Shown here one piece after another: positions 16,954-25,801 of a stretch of 49,703 bases of DNA. The stretch is taken from IMG/VR virus record IMGVR_UViG_3300027672_001707. One strand, written 5' to 3'. A program made the translations under genes and the position numbers. The DNA is from an uncultured virus (IMG/VR IMGVR_UViG_3300027672_001707) (taxonomy: Duplodnaviria; Heunggongvirae; Uroviricota; Caudoviricetes). Position 1 is the first letter of the stretch, and each line of letters starts with the position of its first letter. The notes beneath the pieces are model-generated. The model ran no database searches. It saw nothing but the letters and a program-made list of their open reading frames with translations, and was not told where the DNA came from.

Positions 16954-17442
16954 ATGATAAAGAAACATATATATGATTGGCATGATGTAGAGAAGATGGT
17001 TACATCTATCATTACACAGATGTACAATGATGACTGGAGACCAGAATACATTGTAGGATTAACCAGGGGTGGATTAACACCTGCTATTATGATGAGTAAT
17101 AGAACTGGTATTCCTATGTACACATTAGATGTAAGGTTGCGTGACAGGGACGGTCTTTTTATTAAAACAGAAAGTAATACCTGGATGCCTCTAGACGCTT
17201 TTGCAGGTAAGAAGATATTGATTATCGATGATATCAATGACAGTGGTGCAACATTCAATTGGATTTGTGAAGATTGGGCTAAAGCCGTTGATGTCGGTGA
17301 AGTACAAAAAGTATGGGATAGTAATGTAAGATTTGCAGTACTAACCGAAAATAATTCAAGTGACTTTGGTTCCGTTAGGTATCAAGCACACGAAGTTAAT
17401 AAAGCCGAAGAAGATGTTTGGCTAGTTTATCCATGGGAATAG
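16954..17442 (+). CDS. Type I phosphoribosyltransferase (xanthine/guanine PRT-like)
   Basis: GLTRGG, ILIIDDINDSGAT PRPP loop and WLVYPWE terminus. Confidence 0.9.
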   Translation: MIKKHIYDWHDVEKMVTSIITQMYNDDWRPEYIVGLTRGGLTPAIMMSNRTGIPMYTLDVRLRDRDGLFIKTESNTWMPLDAFAGKKILIIDDINDSGATFNWICEDWAKAVDVGEVQKVWDSNVRFAVLTENNSSDFGSVRYQAHEVNKAEEDVWLVYPWE

Positions 17443-17454
17443 AGGAGAAATAAA

Positions 17455-17730
17455 ATGGCATTCGAATGGGACAGAATACACAAGCACGAAGATAATATTA
17501 TGAATGATATATTCGAACGTGTTAAAGAACGTGTAGAAGAATACTATAATGTTGACGACGTTGTTAATCTTACACAAGAACAAATTGATGAACTTGCAGT
17601 ATATACTGAAGAAGAACTTGACAAACATTCTGTTATGCAATGTGGGTTCACAGATGTAATTAACTATTGGGAAAGTACACAAGTTGCTATTCTCGAAGCG
17701 GACAATGATAATAATGTTGGAGAAGGTTAA
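17455..17730 (+). CDS. Acidic hypothetical protein
   Basis: 91 aa with GAGGAG RBS. Confidence 0.7.
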   Translation: MAFEWDRIHKHEDNIMNDIFERVKERVEEYYNVDDVVNLTQEQIDELAVYTEEELDKHSVMQCGFTDVINYWESTQVAILEADNDNNVGEG

Positions 17731-18713
17731 TGAGTTATACTAAAGAAACATTAATGGAACGTCTTAGGACAGGTGAAAGTATAGTAACCTTTACTAAACT
17801 AAATGGTGATCAACGCATTATGACTTGCACAACTGATCCTAAACTTATCCCCGAAGAAGCAATGCCAAAAGGTACTAAAGAAAAGAAAGAACCAAGTGCC
17901 AAACAGTTAGAGAATATTGGTGTATATGATATTAATGCAAAAGGTTGGCGTAGTTTTAAAGTTGCCAATGTTACAGATGTACAAACAACTGAAGAAGCAC
18001 ACGAAGAACTAATTGAAGTTATTAAGAAGCCAGTAAGGCATTATCGTATCAGGTTACATGGCTACGGTGGCGAAAGTGTTTATGCAAAGTTAACTAAAGA
18101 ACAATTTGAGTTCTGGAATAACTGGGACAAAAACAAAAAAGACAATGCATTTAATCCGAATCTCAATACACTAGAAGACTATGCAAATGATCCAGAAGAG
18201 TTTCGTAAGCATAATGATATGCCACAAGAAGCAGACTTTATGTGGGATCCAGAACATGAATGTCATATGGCATGGCATGAGAAAGACGATATTGAACATT
18301 CAAATGGTGTTGATACTAATGGTGTTCATATAGAAATTGACGAAGTAGACAGTGACAAGAGTTGGGGAACCGAATGGATCGAGACACTCGTTGAAAACGA
18401 ATCCTTAGATAAACTATTAGAACGTAATGGTAAAGAGATTAAAGTTGATTATATGGATTTAGATGCTCATGCAGATGAAAATGGCAACAACTATGTATTC
18501 TTCTTCATGAGTATTGAAAAAGGCACATTCCACGATGTCTATGTTAAAACCGAAGGTAAGCAACTTGATGTTAGTAAGATTGACATTAGTGCAACTGAAA
18601 TGCCTAATGGTGATACTATTATTACTACTATATCATATAACGGTGTTGAATTAGATAACGAATTTGGCGATACTACTGGTAAAGGATATGTTGGTTCTGT
18701 TTGGAATTATTAG
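17730..18713 (+). CDS. DUF2693/WYL-like SH3-barrel domain fused to an acidic unknown domain
   Basis: VTFTKLNGDQRIMTCT...YDINAKGWRSFK N-terminal domain. Confidence 0.7.
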   Translation: MSYTKETLMERLRTGESIVTFTKLNGDQRIMTCTTDPKLIPEEAMPKGTKEKKEPSAKQLENIGVYDINAKGWRSFKVANVTDVQTTEEAHEELIEVIKKPVRHYRIRLHGYGGESVYAKLTKEQFEFWNNWDKNKKDNAFNPNLNTLEDYANDPEEFRKHNDMPQEADFMWDPEHECHMAWHEKDDIEHSNGVDTNGVHIEIDEVDSDKSWGTEWIETLVENESLDKLLERNGKEIKVDYMDLDAHADENGNNYVFFFMSIEKGTFHDVYVKTEGKQLDVSKIDISATEMPNGDTIITTISYNGVELDNEFGDTTGKGYVGSVWNY

Positions 18714-18720
18714 AATTACC

Positions 18721-18749
18721 TTGACAACGAACCTAAATAGTAGTATAAT
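18721..18749 (+). promoter_or_regulatory. sigma70 promoter with embedded CTAAATA box upstream of queD-queE
   Basis: TTGACA-17nt-TATAAT; GAACCTAAATA at 18729-18739. Confidence 0.75.
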
Positions 18750-18775
18750 ATATATAAATTAAGGAGTATTAATAC

Positions 18776-19225
18776 ATGGGACAATATTTTAGCACAAAGC
18801 ATTACGGACATAACATTGGATTGTCGGCAGTATTTAGACAACCTAACGCAGACCATAGCCATTGTCATTTACTACATGGTTACAGTTTAGCATTTACATT
18901 TACTTTTGGCTGTAGCGAACTTGATAAAAAGAACTGGGCAGTAGACTTTGGGGGACTTAAACCTTTGAAGAAATGGTTAGAAGATAACTTTGATCACAAG
19001 ACAGCAATCGACAAAGACGATCCACACATGGACAAGTTTATGGAACTACAAGAACTTGACTTGGCAGAGATTGTAGTAATGGACGGTGTTGGTGCAGAGA
19101 AGTTTGCCGAACACGCCTTTAACTTTGCAGATAAACTTATCCGTGAAGCAACAAACAATAGATGTTATTGTGTAAAAGTTGAATGTGCCGAGCATGGTGC
19201 CAATAGTGCAATTTACAAAGGTTAA
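18776..19225 (+). CDS. queD: 6-carboxy-5,6,7,8-tetrahydropterin synthase
   Basis: CHLLHGY, VDFGGLK, FDHK, GAEKFA and E...NSA motifs. Confidence 0.9.
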   Translation: MGQYFSTKHYGHNIGLSAVFRQPNADHSHCHLLHGYSLAFTFTFGCSELDKKNWAVDFGGLKPLKKWLEDNFDHKTAIDKDDPHMDKFMELQELDLAEIVVMDGVGAEKFAEHAFNFADKLIREATNNRCYCVKVECAEHGANSAIYKG

Positions 19226-19230
19226 AAACA

Positions 19231-20136
19231 ATGGCAGTAACACAAGAAAAGAAGTATTACTATTCGGAGATATTTCATAGTATACAAGGCGAAGGGAATT
19301 ACACAGGTGTTCCTACTGCTTGGATACGTTTCTTCATGTGTAACTTACAGTGTAATGGATTTGGACAAATAGATCCTACAAAACCTGACACTTACGAATT
19401 ACCGTTTGAAGACTTTGATGTTGATAGTGTATCACGTGTAGAAGATTTACCTGTTTGGGATAAAGGTTGTGACAGTAGTTACACCTGGGCAAAGAAGTTT
19501 AAAAAACTAATGGGAGAAGAAACTCCCACAGTGTTAGCACAAAAGATTATTAACGTTATGAAAAATGAGAGCAATCCGGAAGGGTTGTTCCTACATCCTG
19601 TTACACAACAAAGACAGCACTTATGTATTACAGGTGGCGAACCTTTGATGGTTACTGGACAACGGGCGACAATTGGTATATATGAAGAACTTGAAAGACA
19701 AGGTAACTTGCCTGCTAGTATGACATTTGAAACAAATGGTACGCAAAAATTACTACCCGAGTTTGTTGAATGGGTAAACAGAATTGATATAGAAATATTC
19801 TTTTCTTGTAGTCCTAAACTATTTACAGTATCAGGTGAGAAACCTGAGAAGGCTATTAAGCCAGAAATAGTTAAGCAGTATAGAGAACTTTCTAGTAAAG
19901 GACAACTTAAATTTGTAGTTGGACACAAAGAAAGAGAGTGGGAAGAAATGGAACAAGCAATAGCAAAGTTTAAAGACGCTGGTGTTGATTGGCCCATTTG
20001 GGTTATGCCCACAGGTGCAAGGGAAGAAGAACAAACAACTACTGCAGGTGCAGTGGCTGAAAAGGCATTTAAACGTGGCTACAATGTAGCGGCAAGAGTA
20101 CACGTTTACTTGTTTGGAAATGCAATAGGAACATAA
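19231..20136 (+). CDS. queE: 7-carboxy-7-deazaguanine synthase (radical SAM)
   Basis: EIFHSIQGEG, CNLQC...GCDS, ITGGEPL, ETNGT, SPKL, LKFVV and RVH motifs. Confidence 0.92.
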   Translation: MAVTQEKKYYYSEIFHSIQGEGNYTGVPTAWIRFFMCNLQCNGFGQIDPTKPDTYELPFEDFDVDSVSRVEDLPVWDKGCDSSYTWAKKFKKLMGEETPTVLAQKIINVMKNESNPEGLFLHPVTQQRQHLCITGGEPLMVTGQRATIGIYEELERQGNLPASMTFETNGTQKLLPEFVEWVNRIDIEIFFSCSPKLFTVSGEKPEKAIKPEIVKQYRELSSKGQLKFVVGHKEREWEEMEQAIAKFKDAGVDWPIWVMPTGAREEEQTTTAGAVAEKAFKRGYNVAARVHVYLFGNAIGT

Positions 20137-20145
20137 GGATATAAA

Positions 20146-20361
20146 ATGCTTAAATACATACTACTATCGACTGTTATGCAATTAAATATAACATACCCAA
20201 GTGCAGACGTTTGTAATGCGGCACTAGAACACGTTCTAAAAAATGATAGTACGGCAATTTGTATACCGGCTGGAATCGACAAACACAACGACATGATGAA
20301 TAACTTCATGAAGATGGTACAAGAATTACAATCAACAGCCACAAAAGAAAGTAAGGAGTAA
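20146..20361 (+). CDS. Hypothetical protein
   Basis: 71 aa, two Cys residues, hydrophobic N-terminus. Confidence 0.6.
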   Translation: MLKYILLSTVMQLNITYPSADVCNAALEHVLKNDSTAICIPAGIDKHNDMMNNFMKMVQELQSTATKESKE

Positions 20362-20362
20362 T

Positions 20363-20740
20363 ATGGACATACTAAAAAAAATGTTTGGTAAGAAAGAAAA
20401 ACTGAAAGAAACAATTAAAGCACAGACTCCACAAGATAGTGCAAAAGCAAAAGCAGAAGCGACTAAAAATAAACAACCGTTTATTGAAGTTATTGGCTTA
20501 GACATCGATGCTGATAATCCTGTACAAGGTGCATTTGAATTAGATTGGAATGAATTCTTTGTAGCAGAGTTAAGAGCTAAAGGCTTCCAAGGTGTTGAAG
20601 ATGAAACAGTAGTAGACCAATGGTTCAACGCAGTATGCAAGAACGTTGCATTAAGCGAATATGAGAATATGGACGAACGGGGTAGAACTAGTTTTATTAA
20701 AACCACCGATATCGGTGACGGACGTAAAGAAATCAAATAG
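20363..20740 (+). CDS. Hypothetical phage protein
   Basis: 125 aa, GAFELDWN...VDQWF; AAGGAG RBS. Confidence 0.75.
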   Translation: MDILKKMFGKKEKLKETIKAQTPQDSAKAKAEATKNKQPFIEVIGLDIDADNPVQGAFELDWNEFFVAELRAKGFQGVEDETVVDQWFNAVCKNVALSEYENMDERGRTSFIKTTDIGDGRKEIK

Positions 20741-21093
20741 TGGGAACTTGCTTATCGGTGTTTATGGCACTGTCTATGCACGTTGGTTTAGAAGGCAGTT
20801 ATAACGCCCTACACCCACACGCAAGGTGTACTGTAGATGATAATATTGCAGGCATATTTTATAATTCAGAATATAAGGTAAGTGCATACGTTGGAAAAGA
20901 GTTCCGCTTTGATGAATTTCATTCATTGGAAGTAGGATTAGTTTCAGGATACGAATATGCAGATGTTGTTCCGATGATAAGATACAAAGTAGGTACATGG
21001 TTCATCTCTCCAGCATATGAGAAGTTAAAGTCTACTGGTGAAGAGAACTACGGAATAGTCCTAGGTTGGGAAATTGGCGGGAAATTAAAGTAA
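20740..21093 (+). CDS. Small outer-membrane beta-barrel-like protein (PagP-like pattern)
   Basis: SMH...YNALHP...GIFYNS...SAYVG...GLVSGY alternating beta pattern. Confidence 0.5.
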   Translation: MGTCLSVFMALSMHVGLEGSYNALHPHARCTVDDNIAGIFYNSEYKVSAYVGKEFRFDEFHSLEVGLVSGYEYADVVPMIRYKVGTWFISPAYEKLKSTGEENYGIVLGWEIGGKLK

Positions 21094-21804
21094 ATGATAT
21101 TTTATAATATAGGTGATGGTTACTCAAGTGGTTGTTGTACTGGCAACCTATATACAATATCACAAGATGATCCAAAGTATTTTGGTGCTAGAGATATAGA
21201 GCACCCGGATAACAAGCCTGGTAGTTTTATTACAAACTTGGCAGATATGTACAAAGCAAGACCAATTACTGTAGGCAGACATAATCTAACACTAGAAGTA
21301 ATGTTAGATAACTTAGAAAGATATGAAAGTGAAATAGCAGGTCATAATGATCAAATAACGGCTTTCATAGGTATACCGGATTTATACACATTTCATTCAG
21401 AGAATGAAGAACAGTTTAAATCGTTGTTTGGTGTTGATACTGATTACTCTACGTTTGTGGGTAAGCATTTACTACTAAATGGTACTGATAACTTAGGCGA
21501 ACTTACTCCAGCAGAGTTAAGCACATACCAAATGATGTGTGAGAAACGTAAGACTGTTGATGTTGCTAAGAAGATTGAGTACTTAGAAATGTTTATTCAG
21601 AGGATAAGTAATATTACACACAAAGTGATAGTTTATCGAACTACACATTTGGAAAGTTTAGATTTAAACTTACCTAACAACGTAACCTTCCTTAATGAAA
21701 GTATAGTTGAAATACTTTCCAAACAACACCAACCTCATAGACGGGGTTACTTTGATAAAGAAGCATACAAAACCTTACAACGGAGTTTCTTAAAATTATT
21801 ATGA
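21094..21804 (+). CDS. Hypothetical protein, degenerate SGNH-like N-terminus
   Basis: FYNIGDGYSSG resembles GDS(F/Y) block I but lacks the Ser. Confidence 0.55.
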   Translation: MIFYNIGDGYSSGCCTGNLYTISQDDPKYFGARDIEHPDNKPGSFITNLADMYKARPITVGRHNLTLEVMLDNLERYESEIAGHNDQITAFIGIPDLYTFHSENEEQFKSLFGVDTDYSTFVGKHLLLNGTDNLGELTPAELSTYQMMCEKRKTVDVAKKIEYLEMFIQRISNITHKVIVYRTTHLESLDLNLPNNVTFLNESIVEILSKQHQPHRRGYFDKEAYKTLQRSFLKLL

Positions 21805-22646
21805 ATAACAGAATATATGTAATCGGAGACAACTGGAACTTACCAGTTGCAAAGGCAAAAGAATTTTATGCAGATGATCGCTGGGCCAAAAAGAAGTTTA
21901 GCATAGATCCTAATGCAATGTATAACTCTTGGGTAGATGAGATAGCAAACAAGATTGACGGTTATGTCTACTATGTAGTTGACCATGATTTCAGTGTAGG
22001 AGGAACTATTGATGCCGCCATTGAAACTATAAACAATTATAAAGATGTAGACGACGAAGACCAAATCAATTACTTTATTATCAACTTACCTACTTCAAAA
22101 GGTAAGATAGATTTATTATCTTATAATCCACAAGAGCAACACGAACTTGAAAAGCATTTAAATAATGTATACAAAGGACACGCATCAAAGATTAAGTCTA
22201 GTTTAGATAAACTAAACCTTAGCAAGTCCAATGATAATGCTAATGCAGTGGCAAAAATAAAAAAATTCTCTGAGTTTGTAGAGGAAATGGCTGACTATAA
22301 TAACAGATTTGTGATTATGTCTGTTGAAATAGACAGACTAAAGACAGCAATACTTGGTGATAAGAATTCTGCAGAAGATGATTGGGTAAAATTCCCATTA
22401 ACTAACATAATGTTTGCAAATTTAAAAGATAATGACGCAGTTGCAGTTATAGATTATGCACTAACTAGAAATGAAACACTTAAATCTACTACTAAGAATA
22501 CAAACCGAATGCATTTTTCAAAAATTAAAGAAAATGGAACGGCTAGTATACTAAAAGTTAATCAATTTGACAAGCATGGACACAGAAACTTTGGTCAAAA
22601 GGTACTTTTATACTTGACAGATACAACAAAATTGTTTACAATATAA
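21801..22646 (+). CDS. Hypothetical protein, degenerate SGNH-like
   Basis: IYVIGDNW at N-terminus and HGHRNFG at C-terminus. Confidence 0.55.
   Translation: MNNRIYVIGDNWNLPVAKAKEFYADDRWAKKKFSIDPNAMYNSWVDEIANKIDGYVYYVVDHDFSVGGTIDAAIETINNYKDVDDEDQINYFIINLPTSKGKIDLLSYNPQEQHELEKHLNNVYKGHASKIKSSLDKLNLSKSNDNANAVAKIKKFSEFVEEMADYNNRFVIMSVEIDRLKTAILGDKNSAEDDWVKFPLTNIMFANLKDNDAVAVIDYALTRNETLKSTTKNTNRMHFSKIKENGTASILKVNQFDKHGHRNFGQKVLLYLTDTTKLFTI
22614..22642 (+). promoter_or_regulatory. sigma70-like promoter
   Basis: TTGACA-17nt-TACAAT, ending 7 nt before ATG 22650. Confidence 0.65.
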
Positions 22647-22649
22647 AGT

Positions 22650-22826
22650 ATGTACAAAAAAGTAATATTATTAATTACATTCATATCGTTACTATCTGCT
22701 TGTAGCACAACTGTTGCAGTTGTTGACACAGTTGCTAGTACGACTATCTACACTGCTAAAGCAGTTGTATCGACGACTGTGAATGTCGTAGATGCTATTA
22801 CACCAAATATTATCAATAAGGACTAA
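22650..22826 (+). CDS. Small lipoprotein (not in ORF track)
   Basis: 58 aa MYKKVILLITFISLLSAC-STTVAVVDTVASTTIYTAKAVVSTTVNVVDAITP; lipobox LSAC. Confidence 0.75.
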   Translation: MYKKVILLITFISLLSACSTTVAVVDTVASTTIYTAKAVVSTTVNVVDAITPNIINKD

Positions 22827-22827
22827 C

Positions 22828-23817
22828 ATGACAAAATATCTATTAGTAGACACTGCAAATACTTTCTTTAGAGCTCGTCACGTAGCATATCGAGGTACGT
22901 CAGCAGAAGAGAAATTAGGACTGGCAATGCACATTACTCTTAATGCGGTATTAAAAGCATATCAGAAGCAAGGTGCAGATCATGTTGTATTTTGTTTAGA
23001 AGGACGCAGTTGGCGTAAAGACTTCTATGAGCCTTATAAAAAGAATCGTGCAGTAGCACGTCAGGCTCTAACAGAAGCAGAACAAGAAGAAGATCAGTTA
23101 TTTTGGCAAGCCTTTGACGACCTTACAACATTCTTAAAAGATAAGACTAACTGTAGTGTATTACAATGTAAGATTGCAGAAGCAGACGATATAATTGCAC
23201 GTTGGGTATACAAGCACCCGGAAGATGAGCATTGTATTGTTAGTAGTGACACAGATTTTATACAGTTAATAACTGATAAGGTAACACAGTATAACGGTAT
23301 TACACAAGAATTACATACATTAAAAGGCATCTTTGATGACAAGGGTAAGTATGTAGTTGATAAGAAAACAAAGTTACCTAAAGCAATACCTGATCCCGAA
23401 TGGTTATTGTTTGAAAAATGTATGCGAGGCGATACAAGTGATAATGTGTTTAGTGCGTTCCCCGGTGTTCGTAAGAAAGGCACTAAGAACAAAGTAGGCT
23501 TACTTGAAGCATTTGAGGATCGTAAGAACAAAGGCTTTAATTGGAACAACATGATGTTACAACGATGGGTAGATCATCATGGTGTAGAGCATCGTGTATT
23601 AGATGATTACACTCGCAATGTACATTTGATAGACTTAACTGAGCAACCTCAAGATGTTAAAGATGTTGTAGATACGCACATCGATGAAACTGTGGCAATA
23701 AAAGAACACCCGATGGTAGGTGCAAAGTTCTTAAAGTTCTGTGGCAAATATGATTTACAGAAGTTAGCCGACAATGCTCAAAAGTATGCAGAATTTTTAC
23801 AGGCAGGATATAAATGA
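22828..23817 (+). CDS. rnh: T4-type RNase H / 5'-3' exonuclease (FEN family)
   Basis: LLVDTAN, SWRKDFY..YKKNR, EADDII, SSDTDF and GDTSDNV motifs; start 22828. Confidence 0.92.
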   Translation: MTKYLLVDTANTFFRARHVAYRGTSAEEKLGLAMHITLNAVLKAYQKQGADHVVFCLEGRSWRKDFYEPYKKNRAVARQALTEAEQEEDQLFWQAFDDLTTFLKDKTNCSVLQCKIAEADDIIARWVYKHPEDEHCIVSSDTDFIQLITDKVTQYNGITQELHTLKGIFDDKGKYVVDKKTKLPKAIPDPEWLLFEKCMRGDTSDNVFSAFPGVRKKGTKNKVGLLEAFEDRKNKGFNWNNMMLQRWVDHHGVEHRVLDDYTRNVHLIDLTEQPQDVKDVVDTHIDETVAIKEHPMVGAKFLKFCGKYDLQKLADNAQKYAEFLQAGYK

Positions 23818-24338
23818 GTTATAATTTAAAAACAATAATTGAAAAGAAATTTTGGATCATCGAAGCAGATGGTCAAAAGTGTGGAACACTTAGACAAGTA
23901 GGTAATGATACTAGTGACCAATATGAAGTTAGTTACAAAGACGGTATTGTTAGACAAGTAGATAAGTCTAGTTTAACTGTGGACTTTGGTATTAACATTG
24001 ATACTAACGTTATAAATGTAACTGTTCAGTCACCACAAGGCGAAGTAACACGAAATACAGACGAAAAACACGTTGCCGATGTACATGGGTATCCTAGTGC
24101 AAGTCAACCGTTCAATGAAGTATATGATGTTAGAAAGAAACTTCCATTATATTCTAAAAATGAAAAAAGTCAAAGTATGCATTGTGCAGGTTACTATGTT
24201 GTTAGGTACGAGAATGGTTGGACAAGAAGTTTTTGTCCAAAACTTGTAACCTTAGACAAATACGAGTTTATTGGCCCATTTAAAATAAAAGAAGATATGC
24301 TAACAACACTACGGAAAAAAAGTAGGGAAGATGATTAG
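23814..24338 (+). CDS. Hypothetical phage protein
   Basis: 174 aa, CAGYY...SFCPKL...GPFK. Confidence 0.75.
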   Translation: MSYNLKTIIEKKFWIIEADGQKCGTLRQVGNDTSDQYEVSYKDGIVRQVDKSSLTVDFGINIDTNVINVTVQSPQGEVTRNTDEKHVADVHGYPSASQPFNEVYDVRKKLPLYSKNEKSQSMHCAGYYVVRYENGWTRSFCPKLVTLDKYEFIGPFKIKEDMLTTLRKKSREDD

Positions 24339-24417
24339 TCTAGTATTAATCTTATTACTATCCTATGCCTTACCGGTGTTTATGTTATGGCGTATGAACC
24401 AGGAAGATCCCAAATGA
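24331..24417 (+). CDS. 28-aa single-TM peptide (not in ORF track)
   Basis: MISLVLILLLSYALPVFMLWRMNQEDPK; overlaps neighbours at both ends. Confidence 0.45.
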   Translation: MISLVLILLLSYALPVFMLWRMNQEDPK

Positions 24418-24635
24418 GTATACAACTATCAGAATTTGCACATCTAGTTTCTAGCAGTAGAGATATGCATAAAGATCAAGTATCAATCGATACAACACAA
24501 GCCAGCCTAATAGTAAATGACATTGTAGAACTACAAGATAAAGTAATATCTTTACAAAACAAAGTAATAACACTACTGGAGCAAGATGTAGCACCCACTA
24601 CAGGCGAAATGGACGGTGGAGTTTTTAACTCATAA
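24414..24635 (+). CDS. Hypothetical coiled-coil protein
   Basis: Start 24414 via ATGA overlap; ends MDGGVFNS. Confidence 0.65.
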   Translation: MSIQLSEFAHLVSSSRDMHKDQVSIDTTQASLIVNDIVELQDKVISLQNKVITLLEQDVAPTTGEMDGGVFNS

Positions 24636-24659
24636 TAGTAGCATTTAATATGTTCTTTG

Positions 24660-24667
24660 GATAAATA
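24660..24667 (+). promoter_or_regulatory. T4-like late promoter box
   Basis: GATAAATA in AT-rich intergenic DNA about 30 nt before the next start. Confidence 0.55.
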
Positions 24668-24698
24668 TATTTGTAATTAAATATATCGGAGAATATAA

Positions 24699-25001
24699 GT
24701 GAGTAGACCAAAGCCAGTAATTCTTATTGAAAAAGTCGACAAAGACTATAAAACGGATCAGATCCTTGCGAGTGAAGGTGTTTGGGCAGTATTTTATGAC
24801 CAAAAACCAATCAACTTAAAGAGTTTTAATGCGATGATTGGATACGCATCTCCAAAGTATAAGAAAGTTTCATTTTCAAACCCGGGCCATGCAATCAACC
24901 TAGCGAAAAAACTTAACGTACTATTCAAGTGCGACAAATTTACAGTAGTTTTAATGAACGCAGGCGTATGCATATATCCGGAATCAACAAACGAAGGCTA
25001 A
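24699..25001 (+). CDS. Hypothetical phage protein
   Basis: MSRPKP...YKKVSFSNPGHAINLAKKLN; GGAGA RBS. Confidence 0.75.
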   Translation: MSRPKPVILIEKVDKDYKTDQILASEGVWAVFYDQKPINLKSFNAMIGYASPKYKKVSFSNPGHAINLAKKLNVLFKCDKFTVVLMNAGVCIYPESTNEG

Positions 25002-25354
25002 CCGAAATACTGCTTAAAGAAGCAGTTGGTATAGACGAACCTCTAGATAAATTGTATCCAAAGATTTGGGCAAACTTTAGAGAAGATGGTGGGCTAAGGC
25101 TAACCAATAATGGCAGAGCATTCTTTGTTGCTAACTGCAATATCGAGTACACCACTTTAAAACTTAAACGACCAATACAGAACTTTAAGAATGTATTGTA
25201 TATGGATAAAGTAATTGAATGTCCATATTTCCTAGTTGGATCCTTATCCAACAATTTCCCTAAAATTGAACTATTCGGTGAAGAAGTAGCAACTATGCTG
25301 TCTTTATACGATGGCGACTTAGATTTGTATCTAGAAGCCAACAAACCCCTATAA
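24968..25354 (+). CDS. Hypothetical phage protein
   Basis: GGLRLT..G...LYDGDL; start uncertain. Confidence 0.65.
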   Translation: MHISGINKRRLTEILLKEAVGIDEPLDKLYPKIWANFREDGGLRLTNNGRAFFVANCNIEYTTLKLKRPIQNFKNVLYMDKVIECPYFLVGSLSNNFPKIELFGEEVATMLSLYDGDLDLYLEANKPL

Positions 25355-25468
25355 GTTTACACATAAACCCGCAGATCCCGTATACGACCCTTATATAAGC
25401 GATTAAACTACCATTTAACGGGTGTTTAAGGGCTCAAATACTTCATATAACACACGATTAATAAAAGG

Positions 25469-25510
25469 TTGACACATTGGCAATAGATGTTATTATAAAG
25501 TATAAGTTAA
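25469..25510 (+). promoter_or_regulatory. Repeated early promoter element
   Basis: AAAGG-TTGACA-16nt(AGATGT)-TATTAT-AAAG-TATAAGTTAA. Confidence 0.8.
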
Positions 25511-25530
25511 ATTAAACAAAGGAGATAAAA

Positions 25531-25734
25531 ATGGGAATGAGTAGTTATATATTTGATAACGTAGATAAGTTTTACGACATTGCAAATAAAGAAATTACAA
25601 ACTGTGAATCGTTTGATGAATTTACTAACAAAATGAAACACCATGAAGATTTACTTGCTGGTTCTTCTGATGCTGATAACGTTGAAGATGGACTTTATGA
25701 AGTATGGCAAGAAAAAATGTCAAAATACCTGTAA
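25531..25734 (+). CDS. Small acidic early protein
   Basis: 67 aa with AAGGAG RBS. Confidence 0.75.
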   Translation: MGMSSYIFDNVDKFYDIANKEITNCESFDEFTNKMKHHEDLLAGSSDADNVEDGLYEVWQEKMSKYL

Positions 25735-25741
25735 TTAGGTA

Positions 25742-25784
25742 TTGACACATTAACTGTTTGTGTTATAATAGTTATATAAGTTAA
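25742..25784 (+). promoter_or_regulatory. Repeated early promoter element
   Basis: TTGACA-16nt(TGT)-TATAAT...TATAAGTTAA. Confidence 0.8.
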
Positions 25785-25801
25785 ACAAAGGAGTTGAATA
25801 T

